Source of the DNA: a virus
IMG/VR virus record: IMGVR_UViG_3300045988_161200
Reading direction: 5' to 3' (one strand)
Length of the DNA stretch: 64,000 nucleotides
Below, piece after piece: positions 18,618 to 30,286 of this stretch. A program made the translations under genes and the position numbers. The notes beneath the pieces are model-generated. The model searched no databases. It was not told the DNA's origin and saw only the letters and a program-made list of their open reading frames with translations. The stretch's first letter is position 1. Each line of letters starts with the position of its first letter.

Positions 18618-19964
18618 TCAACTCATACTGATTTCTGTCTTATCATCTCTAATACGATGTGTCCATACAGGAAATCTTAACCCATAACCTCCGTTATCAT
18701 TTTTGCTGATTTCAAAATACTGAATAGTAGCTATCTTGCCGATTATTTTAGCGGGATTATCCCAAAAATCGACACGTTCCTCCTCTGAGAAACCACTGCC
18801 ACATTCACACTGATAGTGCTTGCTGTTGTAAATAAACTCCACTATGATACCACCAAGCTTATTTACATTTTTACCCGTACCCTCATAAACATCAATGATT
18901 TTTAAATCAGCATCCTGCATAACCTTGACTTTGAGCAGATTATTCGTTCTCTTAAATTCATACATACCATCGTCAAGGTTAATCATTACGCCTTCCTTAT
19001 GATTTTCTCTTGCTTTATTAAGAAATTCCATAATCATAGATTTATCCGCACCGTGATACAAAACTGGAAGTATATTTATATGTGTTATATATGGGAGTGC
19101 AGTTGTAACTAATCTATTCATTTCTTTTATACATTCATCAATGTAATCTAATACATATCTACGGGCACGATATTCTGCTTTACACTTCTGTTTTACAAAT
19201 TCATCATAAGTTAATATATCAAATATGTTATACTTTAAACCACGTTTTTCACCTTTAGTTCTTGCTGTCTTTGTAACTCTCTTATAGTTTTCATCAGATG
19301 AAATGTTTTCGCATTCCATATCTACAAGTTCACCGTCAAAGAAAGCATCTGAAATTCTACAAGTTGTGAAAAGTCGTTTCATATCTTCTTCAATCTCAAC
19401 AAGCCCCTCTATAAGTTGTCCCTGTCGAGAATAAAACTTAATTTCGCCATTATGTATTACAGTAGCTAATCTGAAGCCATCAAGTTTTTCGGTGAGTGTG
19501 AACCGACCCGTAACCTTTTCAGGCTTTTCAAAATATTTGTTAGCTAATTGAATTTCAAATGACGGTACGAAACCATTACCATATACACTATTTACTATCT
19601 TAGCATCTATACCAAGCTTCAGAGACTTCGTCACAAGCTGTTTATAATATTCCTTATATTCTTCAGGCTGTAGACTGATAAAACCTTGCACAATAGCTAT
19701 GTCTGTATCTCTGCCAGTGTTATTGGTCTCAAGATACATCATCATATCTCGCCAAGTCTGAATTGGAGTTGTATCATACTTAACTGGTTTATTAAGCTTT
19801 TTGGTGCTGATTCCTGTTATCACAAACGGATTTAAGAGCCATTTTAATGTATCGGTAAACAAAATGTTTCTTTCATTAGCTTTCAGAATTTCAATCTTTT
19901 CAGTTTTTTTGCTTGTTGACTGGAGCTGATTGAATATTTTGAATACGTTAGTCATCTCATTCAT
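18618..19964 (-). CDS. ATP-dependent DNA ligase
   Basis: Motif I TEKLDGFR, DGELV, EGVMIN and LLKVK. Confidence 0.85.
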   Translation of the reverse strand: MNEMTNVFKIFNQLQSTSKKTEKIEILKANERNILFTDTLKWLLNPFVITGISTKKLNKPVKYDTTPIQTWRDMMMYLETNNTGRDTDIAIVQGFISLQPEEYKEYYKQLVTKSLKLGIDAKIVNSVYGNGFVPSFEIQLANKYFEKPEKVTGRFTLTEKLDGFRLATVIHNGEIKFYSRQGQLIEGLVEIEEDMKRLFTTCRISDAFFDGELVDMECENISSDENYKRVTKTARTKGEKRGLKYNIFDILTYDEFVKQKCKAEYRARRYVLDYIDECIKEMNRLVTTALPYITHINILPVLYHGADKSMIMEFLNKARENHKEGVMINLDDGMYEFKRTNNLLKVKVMQDADLKIIDVYEGTGKNVNKLGGIIVEFIYNSKHYQCECGSGFSEEERVDFWDNPAKIIGKIATIQYFEISKNDNGGYGLRFPVWTHRIRDDKTEISMS

Positions 19965-20595
19965 TTGTAGAATCTCCTTTCAGTTCTTCATCGTAAACAT
20001 CAAAATCAAAAATAAGATGCTTTCTACTTGCAATATAATCACACAGATGAACACATTTCTGAATGTCTGTTTCGGGAATAGGAAGTATATCATCTGAATA
20101 TTTTGATGTATTCCACTTACCCATATGAGAAGCCACTGCGTCAGAAATTGTCAATACTCTTGTACCAAAATAAAGGTCTAAGGCATTAGTCATACAGTTC
20201 ATATTATTCTTATTAACATATTCTGCGTATTTTTCTAAAATAAAGTATTTCATAAGTATAGGATGATTGAAAGCTGTATGATCTTCCCACATACCACACT
20301 TTAACCCATCATGAAGAATGAGTGCCGATGTTACAACATCTTTATCGGCATCATTGAAATTATAAAAATCTGCCCTAAATAAATCCTGTGCCATTGCAAC
20401 AGCAGCTTTAGTGTGTCTGATAAGTCCTCCTTCCCCTATTGTATATGACGGATGATACTTACCACTCGTACTTGCACCAATATGTCTAAAATAATCTGGA
20501 AGGTCATCAAGAACAAAAGCTGTGAAATCTTTAATTTTACTATCCTTGATAAAACTTAATTCTCTTGTAAAATTTTCTGAATTTGTCATATTCAT
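19957..20595 (-). CDS. HD-domain phosphohydrolase
   Basis: GKYHP ... LILHDGLK (H...HD signature). Confidence 0.7.
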   Translation of the reverse strand: MNMTNSENFTRELSFIKDSKIKDFTAFVLDDLPDYFRHIGASTSGKYHPSYTIGEGGLIRHTKAAVAMAQDLFRADFYNFNDADKDVVTSALILHDGLKCGMWEDHTAFNHPILMKYFILEKYAEYVNKNNMNCMTNALDLYFGTRVLTISDAVASHMGKWNTSKYSDDILPIPETDIQKCVHLCDYIASRKHLIFDFDVYDEELKGDSTNE

Positions 20596-22868
20596 TCTCC
20601 TTCAATTAATAAATTATATAACCAAGTTTGACGTGTAAAATTTTCTTTTTTCTTAATTGCTCTACCGAATGTGTTTAAATCACTAAGCAAATAACATCTT
20701 TCTTTTGCTCTTGTAATTGCTACATATAGTAAATTTGAATTAAGCATAAATGTATGTGAATTTGGTGCAAAAACAATAACAATTCTTGCTTGACCACCTT
20801 GACTCTTATGAATCGAAATTGCATAAGCCAATTTAATGTTAGAAAACTTATCTTTTGGAATATAAATTTTATAATCATCAAAATCAACTATAATACCATT
20901 ATAAGTAATGTCTGAAATAATTCCTATATCTCCATTTGGAATAAGTGTTGTTATATCTTCTTCAGTATTATAATAGTCAGCGTGATTTTCTTGATATATA
21001 AATGACTGATAATCATTTTTACATTGAATAATAGGATCACCTACTCTATATTCAACATCTCCAAAAGAAGTTTTCTTTGTAACGTTAGTATTTATCACTG
21101 ATTGGATTTGATTGTTTATTTTTTCTGTACCATAATCACCTTTGTTTTGAGCTACTACAATTAGAATATCCTTTAAGGGAATATTGTTATCTAAGAGTTT
21201 TTTATACATTTTTATAATGTAATCGACTGCTCGTTCAGGTGCAATAGGAATATAAGTACAACCTTTATCTTCTCCAACCGTCTGAGTACCTGTTACATTC
21301 TGAAAAGTTAATTTACTTTCTCTTATATCCGTGGCTACTGTACTCAAACCACCCTTTCCATAACGAAATACTTTTGAAAGCCATACCGTTGGGACAATAT
21401 TACTATTTAAAATATCGTGTAATACATTTCCACAAGATACTGATGGTATTTGAGCATTATCTCCTATGATTAAAAGCTTTGTCCTGTTGAAATCAATAGA
21501 TTCAAGTAAATGCTTAAATAAAAACACATCTACCATAGAAGTTTCATCAAGAATAACAATATCTTGAGGCAACTTATTCTTTTCATTATAACACCATTCA
21601 TTAGGTGGCATAAATCCTAATCCTCTATGAATAGTGCTTGCCATATGATTGGTATATTTCTGCAATACCTTTGCAGCTCTACCAGTTGGAGCAAGCAAAA
21701 TTGCAGTCAAATTATTATCATAAAGCATATTCATCAATGCTAATACTGAAAAACTTTTACCACTGCCTGCAAATCCTTGTAAGACAGTTATAGTATTTTC
21801 ACATACAAATTTCATAGTTTGCATTTGTTCGTTTGTGAGTGACGAATTGTTTATAACACGATATTTCTCTATATCTACATTCCACTTGTGATTAACCATT
21901 AAAGCATTTTTAAGTGTATCAGCAATATATTTTTCTGTTTCAAATGTATTTGTTTTAGAGATTCTACCCTGTTTCTTATCAAATATTATAGTATCAGATG
22001 AATTGATTGCATCTGCAAGTTTATCCTTTGCTTCAAGGGCATAAGTCAAACATTCTTTTTGAAACTGTTTGATACTCATATAAGTATTTCCGTTATTTTC
22101 ATTTTCATCAAGAACATAAGAGCAACAAGCTTTCATTCTTTCGGCAGATGTTAGAAGATCAAATTTAAAATCTATAATTGGCTTCTCTCCATTTTTTACA
22201 CGTTCTTTAGACAATTCATCTATTCGGAGCAAGAGTGTATCTGCTGTTTTAAACCCTATACCTCCTAATTTACATAAACACTCGTAAGGTTTAGTATAAA
22301 GATTTTCTTTGATTTTTTCAATAGATGGATAGGTGTCATATAATTTTTTTATGATAGAAAAACTAAATACTCCTGAAAATTCATCTACTAATTCTGCAAG
22401 TTTAAAATTTTCAATTACCTTTTTCTTTATCTTGGCAAAGGTAACTTCTTTTATGCCTTTAGTTTTATTCAAATCAATATCATTAAGACGATTATTCATT
22501 ATTCTGTCTATAATATCGGGATATACAGCAAGCAGTGTGCTTGCTTGCTGATAAGTTAATATCTCCTGCAAAAAAGCCCTGCTGTTTTCAAGAGTTACTG
22601 GCTTTTCGCTTCTGATATTTATAACTTTATATCCTATACCATATTTATCTTTTTCTTCATCTGCTTTTATGATATATTCACAGTCAAGATTAAGTTCTTG
22701 TATATCTCCTTTTATTGTAACTGTTCCATATTTAGAGACTGCAATATTAGGGTATTTAAAACTGTCTATAGTACAACCATAGATTTTAAAATTTTCAGAA
22801 TTATAAAGACATCTTATTGGGATTGCTTTAAATTCTTTTATTTTAGTTAATTTTTCAGGACTTCCCAA
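20592..22868 (-). CDS. RecD-like superfamily 1 DNA helicase
   Basis: Walker A GFAGSGKS, APTGRAAKVL, Walker B ILDETSMVD and SIHKSQGGQ. Confidence 0.85.
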   Translation of the reverse strand: MGSPEKLTKIKEFKAIPIRCLYNSENFKIYGCTIDSFKYPNIAVSKYGTVTIKGDIQELNLDCEYIIKADEEKDKYGIGYKVINIRSEKPVTLENSRAFLQEILTYQQASTLLAVYPDIIDRIMNNRLNDIDLNKTKGIKEVTFAKIKKKVIENFKLAELVDEFSGVFSFSIIKKLYDTYPSIEKIKENLYTKPYECLCKLGGIGFKTADTLLLRIDELSKERVKNGEKPIIDFKFDLLTSAERMKACCSYVLDENENNGNTYMSIKQFQKECLTYALEAKDKLADAINSSDTIIFDKKQGRISKTNTFETEKYIADTLKNALMVNHKWNVDIEKYRVINNSSLTNEQMQTMKFVCENTITVLQGFAGSGKSFSVLALMNMLYDNNLTAILLAPTGRAAKVLQKYTNHMASTIHRGLGFMPPNEWCYNEKNKLPQDIVILDETSMVDVFLFKHLLESIDFNRTKLLIIGDNAQIPSVSCGNVLHDILNSNIVPTVWLSKVFRYGKGGLSTVATDIRESKLTFQNVTGTQTVGEDKGCTYIPIAPERAVDYIIKMYKKLLDNNIPLKDILIVVAQNKGDYGTEKINNQIQSVINTNVTKKTSFGDVEYRVGDPIIQCKNDYQSFIYQENHADYYNTEEDITTLIPNGDIGIISDITYNGIIVDFDDYKIYIPKDKFSNIKLAYAISIHKSQGGQARIVIVFAPNSHTFMLNSNLLYVAITRAKERCYLLSDLNTFGRAIKKKENFTRQTWLYNLLIEGE

Positions 22869-25800
22869 TGTATCATCACCTTTTCTTTTTCATTTGTTTT
22901 TACCCATTTGCCATCAATTAATTTGCTTTTATATTTATTATCAAACCAAATATTAAGAATGCTGTTTTCTCTAAATGGTATTGAAGCATATTCATTTGCA
23001 GATATTACCTTTGATTTCATAGTTATGCCTGTTTTTAGATGATAAAGCATAACATAAGGCTTGCATTTGTCCTTATAGACTTTCATTTCAAGAACATAAT
23101 ACAAACTCTCTGGAGCTTTGGGATTGGCATAATCTATGTATCCAAGTATTTCCTTTTGATATTGAATAGTTTTTATGAGAGAATTTTTTATGTTAGACAA
23201 AGAATCCCAATACTCATATAATGCTGTATCATAATCAAATTCTCTATATTGCTTTTCAGTTTCCTTAGAATGATTTTTTATTATTTCAGCTATTTCAAAA
23301 GAGACAGAATTTTTACTAAACTGCGTTCTTTCATATAAACTGTCAGTCATTTCAATAAACCTGAGTATTCTTTCATTGTTGCCAAAATCAGAGAAATAAT
23401 TGATTTTTGCCAAGATTTCAATATGACCTTTATTTATAACAGATGATTTTTTTAATGCTTTCCATATATCATAGAAATTATCAAATTTCATCTGACCTAT
23501 TGTATATAGTTCATCTGCTACCTTTTGGCTCAATCCTTTAATTGATAACAATGAGGGATAGATACAATGATTGTTCTGATCTGCTTTAAATCGTCTATTA
23601 TCCTCTCCAAACTTATATTTCCCCTCTTCAATCTTAAAGCCTTCACGCATTTCTTGTTTCAGCAACATTACTTTATCTTTGTTTCCTTTATCAGAATAAT
23701 GCTGCAAAAGAACTTCGTAAAACTCATAGGGATAATGAGCTTTAAGATAAGCACAGTAAAGAGAATCCAATGCCATACAATAAGCATGAGCTGAATTAAA
23801 TCCATATCCACAAGAATCTGAAATGATTTGCCATACTTTATTGCTCATCTCTATAGCAGTGTTTTCATCAACCTTATCATCTGCAATAATTCTTGCCTTA
23901 AATCCATCTATAAACCTGCTTTTTAAAGGTTTAACCTTTTCAGGATGCTTTTTTGCGATAGCTTTGATAATTCCATAACATTCATCAAGAGGAAATCCTG
24001 CATAGTTTAATGTATTCATTGTCTGTTCCTGATAAAGAATAAACGATTGTGGAAATTCAGGTGTCTGCAAAATATTATCAAATGCCTTAATCCCATATTC
24101 AAAATGCTCTCTTGTTTCAAATTTTGAATACATTGATTTAAAAGCTGGACGTATCGCTGCAATAAAAGCTGCTAACTCAGATATATTCTGAGGCTTGAAT
24201 TTCATTGCTTTTTTAGTAGTAGATTGTTTTTCACACTGATTTATTCCAATCGTCAAGCCCGATGAATAAATATTCCATACCTTTTCATCATTTTTTACAA
24301 GCTCGGTAAGTTCATTTACAGTATGATGTTTAATGCCTATTCTTTTGTAAAGATTATTTATTAACAAAACCACATCTACTTTAAGCAGGTCATTTTTGAG
24401 AAATTTATATTTTTCAGCTATTGCACCATCAATTACAGTAGTTATGTATTCTTTCTTTGTAGTATCACTTTTACACTTTATAAGTCCTACTTCAGAACGA
24501 ATATCTCCTTGATATAATAAATATGCGCAAGGTGCTTTCTTTTTATCTGAAATAATTCCCCAATATTTTTTGCTTTGGTCAAGATAATTATGATAATTTT
24601 TATCTACATAATCATAAATATCAATCATATCCTTATCTTCATCGTCAGCATTTTTGTATGCTTCCTCATAATCTCCAATTTGCTTGGAAATGTTATTTGC
24701 TAATTCAGCTTCCATATTCATTGCTCTTGAATACATCTTAAAAGCAGCTTTCTTTTTCAAAGTTCCAAAAGCAATCATAGGGTATGCGTGACCTTTACCG
24801 AGAATTTCTTCTTGCGCTTCCGCAAATATTTCAGGATTGCCACAGTTCAGATCAAGATCGGGAAGTGATCTCGTTTCAAGAATACGGCTTTCAGAAATAA
24901 ATCTTTCAGGATAAAGTTTTATAGGAGACATAAATCTATCTACTTTACTGAATCCACAAAGAGTATTTGTAAAATAGCCAACTCCAGAACCTCTTCCTGT
25001 ATCTGTAATAAGTCCACCCTTTTCAATAGCTCTTTTTACTATCTGATAATCTATCAAAGGATAGTCCACCATTTTTGTTTTTTTATAAACATCAACTTCT
25101 TGCTGAACGCTTGTGATATACTTTTTCTTTTCTTCAACCGAAAAATCTTTTATATATTCTTTAAGTTTTGAAGCAATAAGTTTTGTATAAAGTTTGTTGC
25201 GTTCTTCTTGTGTTTTATCTGGATATATTGTAGGTAGCTTTATATCATCAGTTAAAATTATATCATCAAAAGTTAGACAAATATCAGTATTATCCATAGC
25301 AGTTTGAATTTCTTCTTTGGTAAAAACACCTTGTTCAAGAAATCTCTGCATTATTGTATTGTCATCAGGATAATCCATATACCAGCCTTCTTCATCTTCA
25401 TAAAAGACTTTATTGGCTTCAAGTAGATTTTGTCTATCTTCTGATTGTTCAGGATAAATATAATGGCTATCAAGTCCCACAATTATTTGAATATCATTAT
25501 CATAAGCAATTTTCTTTATCTTTTTATTTAAGGCAATTTGTTGTGGTGTATTATGATACTGAATTTCAAGCATTAAATTACTCTGAAAGTGTTCTTTTAA
25601 TTGTAATACAATTTCTTCAATGTCATCATACTTCCAAAAGGCTATACAAGCTGTTGTAACAAATACATCATTAGATGGTAAAGACAAGAGCAAGTCTAAA
25701 TCAAGGCGAGGTCTAAAATAATATCCTGTTTCATTGGCTTCAGATAGGATTTCGTTAATTGCTCTTCTACCGTTTTCGTTTTTGGCAAGAATAATTATAT

Positions 25801-26047
25801 GACAATTTGTCTTATCTTTTTCAGTCCGATCTTTTACCCAATACGCTTCTGCACCAAATATAAACTTTAAATTGTATTTTTTTGCGAGTTCAAATGTCTG
25901 ATAATAATATCCCTGCCAACCGTGTTCAACACTTGATATTATTTTATGACCTACTTCTACTGCTCTTTTTGCATAATCTTCATTCATTACTGCACTATCT
26001 GCAATATAGATATTACTGTAAGAAGAATGTCTATGATAGTTTTGCAT
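22847..26047 (-). CDS. dnaE: DNA polymerase III alpha subunit (DnaE-type, PHP domain)
   Basis: 1066 aa. The N-terminal PHP signature YHRHSSYSN and the size and organisation are typical of DnaE. Confidence 0.9.
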   Translation of the reverse strand: MQNYHRHSSYSNIYIADSAVMNEDYAKRAVEVGHKIISSVEHGWQGYYYQTFELAKKYNLKFIFGAEAYWVKDRTEKDKTNCHIIILAKNENGRRAINEILSEANETGYYFRPRLDLDLLLSLPSNDVFVTTACIAFWKYDDIEEIVLQLKEHFQSNLMLEIQYHNTPQQIALNKKIKKIAYDNDIQIIVGLDSHYIYPEQSEDRQNLLEANKVFYEDEEGWYMDYPDDNTIMQRFLEQGVFTKEEIQTAMDNTDICLTFDDIILTDDIKLPTIYPDKTQEERNKLYTKLIASKLKEYIKDFSVEEKKKYITSVQQEVDVYKKTKMVDYPLIDYQIVKRAIEKGGLITDTGRGSGVGYFTNTLCGFSKVDRFMSPIKLYPERFISESRILETRSLPDLDLNCGNPEIFAEAQEEILGKGHAYPMIAFGTLKKKAAFKMYSRAMNMEAELANNISKQIGDYEEAYKNADDEDKDMIDIYDYVDKNYHNYLDQSKKYWGIISDKKKAPCAYLLYQGDIRSEVGLIKCKSDTTKKEYITTVIDGAIAEKYKFLKNDLLKVDVVLLINNLYKRIGIKHHTVNELTELVKNDEKVWNIYSSGLTIGINQCEKQSTTKKAMKFKPQNISELAAFIAAIRPAFKSMYSKFETREHFEYGIKAFDNILQTPEFPQSFILYQEQTMNTLNYAGFPLDECYGIIKAIAKKHPEKVKPLKSRFIDGFKARIIADDKVDENTAIEMSNKVWQIISDSCGYGFNSAHAYCMALDSLYCAYLKAHYPYEFYEVLLQHYSDKGNKDKVMLLKQEMREGFKIEEGKYKFGEDNRRFKADQNNHCIYPSLLSIKGLSQKVADELYTIGQMKFDNFYDIWKALKKSSVINKGHIEILAKINYFSDFGNNERILRFIEMTDSLYERTQFSKNSVSFEIAEIIKNHSKETEKQYREFDYDTALYEYWDSLSNIKNSLIKTIQYQKEILGYIDYANPKAPESLYYVLEMKVYKDKCKPYVMLYHLKTGITMKSKVISANEYASIPFRENSILNIWFDNKYKSKLIDGKWVKTNEKEKVMIHWEVLKN

Positions 26048-27202
26048 TTATTCACCGCCTAAATCTTTTAACAACTCGGATATTTCATCATCTTCATTAT
26101 GGCTTTCGGTATTAAACATTTCCTTTGATTCAAGATACTCATTAAAAGGTTTATGCACTTCCCTTGAATATCCTGAAAGCACTGCTAAATAATATTCATT
26201 TTTTTCATTTACTTCACTCCAAAAAGTGTGGTCATCTTGTGTATCTTCATACTCCACAGTTTTCTCTCTAATTTCATTTATAGTCTTAATTATATCTGCT
26301 TTAAGAGAATCAATATTCTCCTGTCCTAAAGGAAGATATACATAACAATCACTAATGATTATCTTTTCTTTTATGTCATCAGGAAGATTATCAATAGAAT
26401 TACAAAGGACAATATCATCAATATAATCATCAGGATTATATCCTAACTTCTTTAACCACATTTTAGCAATACTGGAAAGTTTACTGCCAATTTGATTTCT
26501 TTCAATTTGACGTTCTTTCCAAGTTCCGTTTGCTTGTAAATACTTAACATTTACATATTTTAAGAATAAATATCTGATTGAAATATGGTCAAGAGGAATA
26601 TTAATTTTCTGCCTTATTCCCTCTGCATATAAATATAACTGTCCACTTTCCTTTTCAAGTTTCTCTCCTTTATAAATTGTAGATGTCTTGTAGTCAGTAA
26701 TTATTATTCTTTTTTCACCATTTTCATCTTTATAAACTCCACAATTATCTATATATCCCTGAAATATAATATCATCAGTAATTTTGATTGTACAAAACAT
26801 TTCAAGAAGCATATTCAAGTTTGTTGGTTTTGTATGATTTCTAAAGAAATGCCTTATACAGTTCTCATACTTATCAGCAATAACAGAATTTTTATCTTCA
26901 TCATTTCTATCATATTTATATTCAGCAATATTCATAGTCATAAGACTGTCTTCGTATTCTTCTATCATTTGATTCTGGCAAATAGAACCATTATAATACT
27001 TTTCAATAATATCGTGGCAATATCCACCACTTACAGCGTAAATAGAGTCTCGTCTATCTTCTTTTACATTCTTTATGTATTTAAGAAAATAAGAATAATG
27101 GTCAATCTTATATAAGTTATATCTTGACCAAGACCACATAAATGGAACTTTATATTTCTTGCATATTGAATTTAACTCTGCTTTTGTTTTTCTTTCAGCC
27201 AT
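26048..27202 (-). CDS. PD-(D/E)XK (RecB/Cas4-like) nuclease
   Basis: GYIDN ... IITDYKTS ... QLYLYA pattern. Confidence 0.55.
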   Translation of the reverse strand: MAERKTKAELNSICKKYKVPFMWSWSRYNLYKIDHYSYFLKYIKNVKEDRRDSIYAVSGGYCHDIIEKYYNGSICQNQMIEEYEDSLMTMNIAEYKYDRNDEDKNSVIADKYENCIRHFFRNHTKPTNLNMLLEMFCTIKITDDIIFQGYIDNCGVYKDENGEKRIIITDYKTSTIYKGEKLEKESGQLYLYAEGIRQKINIPLDHISIRYLFLKYVNVKYLQANGTWKERQIERNQIGSKLSSIAKMWLKKLGYNPDDYIDDIVLCNSIDNLPDDIKEKIIISDCYVYLPLGQENIDSLKADIIKTINEIREKTVEYEDTQDDHTFWSEVNEKNEYYLAVLSGYSREVHKPFNEYLESKEMFNTESHNEDDEISELLKDLGGE

Positions 27203-28242
27203 TTCAGCAACTCCTTATGTTCTGTTTCATCATATTTAATTTTATATTTCAGCATAAATTCATATTGTTTATTAGGACGATCAGCAGGACTTTCTTTTTT
27301 ATCTAAAATTCCCCACCTATCATAGATATAATAAACGTTCCTTATGCCATAGAATTTTTCACATTCTTTTCGGACTTCATTTTGGCTAACATCTTTATCA
27401 AAAGCAATTATAATATCAACATTTAGTCCAACAAGAATTTTGACTTGTTCATCAGATAATGTATGCGAGCCTATTGATACGCCTGTACCATCTTTTCGGC
27501 TATATCGTTTTAAAGTTGATTTTTCGCTCTCAAATACTACTACATATCTTTTTTCTTGAATTGTTTGATAATTTTCATAAAGCCCATAAATGTTCATTCC
27601 TTTTGAAAAAGGCTTTATTCCAAAATACTTTGGTATGTCCAGATCGTCATAATTTGGAACTGTTGTCCTGCCAACTATTCCAACATATTGATTCTCACTT
27701 CCACACCAATAATGCCACGGAATAATAATTCGCTTTTTATCATATGAATATCCAATATTGAATCTCTTACAAGCAAAAGGCATTATACCTTCTCTTACCC
27801 AAGTTATATATGGTAGATTGGTATATTCCTTTAAAATGCTATCATCGAAAATTTCAATATCCTTATTTACAACACAATAAGTTCTTTTTACTTTCTTAAA
27901 GACATCAAGAACGTCTATAGTTTTCTGCTTCTGTTTTTCTTTTTTATAACTATAATCTAAATTAAGATATTCGTGAATCGTTCTATTTGCTTTACCAAAT
28001 GAAATATTATTTAACTTCATTATAAGAACAAATATATCTCCGACAAAACTTAAATCAGATGAATTAACTGCCGTAAATAGATTGTCTTTTTTTACTGTTA
28101 CCGCAGTTGGATTTGTCTTATCGGGCAAAGCTGCACGATATTCAGAATGATATTCTTTAATATCGTGACAGCCTACCTTTTCTAAGACAAGCGAAATTTT
28201 GTTATTTTTTATTATATATTCCTTTAATTCGTTTGCATTCAC
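27172..28242 (-). CDS. Toprim-domain DNA primase
   Basis: VVVFESEKSTLK (Toprim Glu) and IIAFDKDV (DxD). Located between the helicase and nuclease genes. Confidence 0.6.
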   Translation of the reverse strand: MNANELKEYIIKNNKISLVLEKVGCHDIKEYHSEYRAALPDKTNPTAVTVKKDNLFTAVNSSDLSFVGDIFVLIMKLNNISFGKANRTIHEYLNLDYSYKKEKQKQKTIDVLDVFKKVKRTYCVVNKDIEIFDDSILKEYTNLPYITWVREGIMPFACKRFNIGYSYDKKRIIIPWHYWCGSENQYVGIVGRTTVPNYDDLDIPKYFGIKPFSKGMNIYGLYENYQTIQEKRYVVVFESEKSTLKRYSRKDGTGVSIGSHTLSDEQVKILVGLNVDIIIAFDKDVSQNEVRKECEKFYGIRNVYYIYDRWGILDKKESPADRPNKQYEFMLKYKIKYDETEHKELLKWLKEKQKQS

Positions 28243-28257
28243 AAAATTTCACTCCTA

Positions 28258-29832
28258 TTAGAAATCTTGTGTTACATAAGTAATACCAATTTCCTTCATA
28301 ATATTTCTTGACATATCGTGTTCAACAACAATCTGGAACTGATTTGCTGAACCTTCACGATTTTTTACAATAAAGATTATCTGATAATGTTTATCTGGAT
28401 TAAGTTGAACTGGTATTTTACTTTTACCATTCTTACCTTCAAGACGGAAAACCTTTAGTGGATTCTTACCTCCCGATTTTTCATCATCAAACAAATCTCT
28501 TATCATTATATTGGTGCTTGCAACATCGGTTATATTCTTTGCTATACCTGTATTATCTTGTGTATAATATCTTTGCTTTGCTGAACCTTTCGCAAGCTGA
28601 AATGTAATTAAAATATGTACATCTTTATTAGCTTCTTTAATGGTATCTTGAATATCTACCATTGCCTGAGACATCGCCATTGCATTAGCCGAGCTTTCAA
28701 AGACTTTACTTCCTGCATCAGCCTTAAAAGTATCAAGCATAAAATACTTAACACCCATTCCAGCATATTTTTTTATTATTTTAATTGCTGAATCGGTCTT
28801 ATATCTTTGGAAAGGAATAATTGTAATAGTATGATTTTGAGAAATTTCCTTTATCCATCCAGTGCATTTTTTTAGCAAAGTCCATATATCATCTGAATAT
28901 TTACCATTACGAAGTACAAACTTCTGCAAATCTTCTTTAAAAATATTATTTGCACACCAGACAATCATTTCTCTTTGCCATTTGCTAAGACCATCCTCGT
29001 TTACCATTATTACAATCTTTTCGTTATTTTCAATAATACTTGGTAAAGTAGAACTTCTTGCAAAAGTGGACTTACCTACATTTGAAAGACCACCTACAAG
29101 AGTTATATTTCCATGTAGCTGACCTCCTGTTTCGGCTGTAAGCATTGGCATATTGTGATATGGCAAACCTACTGCCTGTCCTTCATTCAAATCGTCAAGT
29201 AATTCATCAATCTTATAATCAAGAGAATAACTATTGACATCCCCATTAATGTTTACAAATGTATGATTAAGAAAAGTTTCAAGTTCTGAATAAATTTCAT
29301 CTGCTGACATATCAGAATAATCAGACAATTTATCAGACACTGGAAAACCATATTTAATTAATCGCAATACAACATTCCACTTATTAAGGTCTTGAATGTA
29401 TCCATCAATATTGTTTACCTTAACATAACTTGTGGCATCAACAATTTTTTGCCAACCGCCATATTCGTCATATTTTTCTTTTAATTTATCGTGCTTTTCA
29501 AGATAAAACCCTACTGTTATTTCATCAAGCGATGGTTTCTTTTCTTTGACAACTATATCGTGTGCAATCTGATAATATACCTTCCACGCATTTTCAGAAA
29601 TATCTTCAAGTTTTACTTCATAATCAAACAGCAATTCGGGGTTTTTATAAAAAATTGAAACAATATTTGCTTCACACGACAATTTATATTCTTTAACCCT
29701 TTTGGCTGCTTTTAATTGTTCTTCTTGAAAAGGCGTAAGTTTAGTTTTTTCCTTACCACAGCTCATTAAACTTATCCTTTGCTTCTGTTGTTTCTGACTT
29801 ATATTCTGCTTTATCATTTGTATGGCTTTCAA
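28258..29832 (-). CDS. DnaB-like replicative helicase
   Basis: Walker A GGLSNVGKSTF, MLDTFKAD and RecA-like C-terminal domain organisation. Confidence 0.8.
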   Translation of the reverse strand: MKAIQMIKQNISQKQQKQRISLMSCGKEKTKLTPFQEEQLKAAKRVKEYKLSCEANIVSIFYKNPELLFDYEVKLEDISENAWKVYYQIAHDIVVKEKKPSLDEITVGFYLEKHDKLKEKYDEYGGWQKIVDATSYVKVNNIDGYIQDLNKWNVVLRLIKYGFPVSDKLSDYSDMSADEIYSELETFLNHTFVNINGDVNSYSLDYKIDELLDDLNEGQAVGLPYHNMPMLTAETGGQLHGNITLVGGLSNVGKSTFARSSTLPSIIENNEKIVIMVNEDGLSKWQREMIVWCANNIFKEDLQKFVLRNGKYSDDIWTLLKKCTGWIKEISQNHTITIIPFQRYKTDSAIKIIKKYAGMGVKYFMLDTFKADAGSKVFESSANAMAMSQAMVDIQDTIKEANKDVHILITFQLAKGSAKQRYYTQDNTGIAKNITDVASTNIMIRDLFDDEKSGGKNPLKVFRLEGKNGKSKIPVQLNPDKHYQIIFIVKNREGSANQFQIVVEHDMSRNIMKEIGITYVTQDF

Positions 29833-30205
29833 AAGAAAGTTTGTTTATTTCCTGTGTAGCCTTTTCACGTTCTTTCATCTTGATAACAACATTATTTATT
29901 TCTTGCTCAATAAACATCATAATCAGATTTATTTTATGTCGTTCATCAGTGATCTTAGCAGAATTGTTGTAAAAATAATTCTTTATATTAGGACTACACA
30001 ATTTACTTGTTATAAGAATTTGCTCATATGTATAAGAAGCATTGGGGTTTTGACGTTTATTTGATATAAAATTTCCTTCTGCAAGTCCTTTAAATCTCAA
30101 TGCAAGAAACTTTGGAAATTTCATATCAGAAGAATAACCAAGTAATTCATATTTAGCATAATCACATAACATATGCCAATCATTTTTTTCTTTTTCAGTC
30201 ATCAA
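29753..30205 (-). CDS. hypothetical protein
   Basis: 150-aa ORF overlapping the annotated helicase start. Confidence 0.45.
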   Translation of the reverse strand: MMTEKEKNDWHMLCDYAKYELLGYSSDMKFPKFLALRFKGLAEGNFISNKRQNPNASYTYEQILITSKLCSPNIKNYFYNNSAKITDERHKINLIMMFIEQEINNVVIKMKEREKATQEINKLSFESHTNDKAEYKSETTEAKDKFNELW

Positions 30206-30286
30206 TTCACCGCCTGTACCAAACCTGTACCAAATAAGAGGACAGAACTAATTCCTCTGCCCTCTTTCTAAACACAAATACAGCTT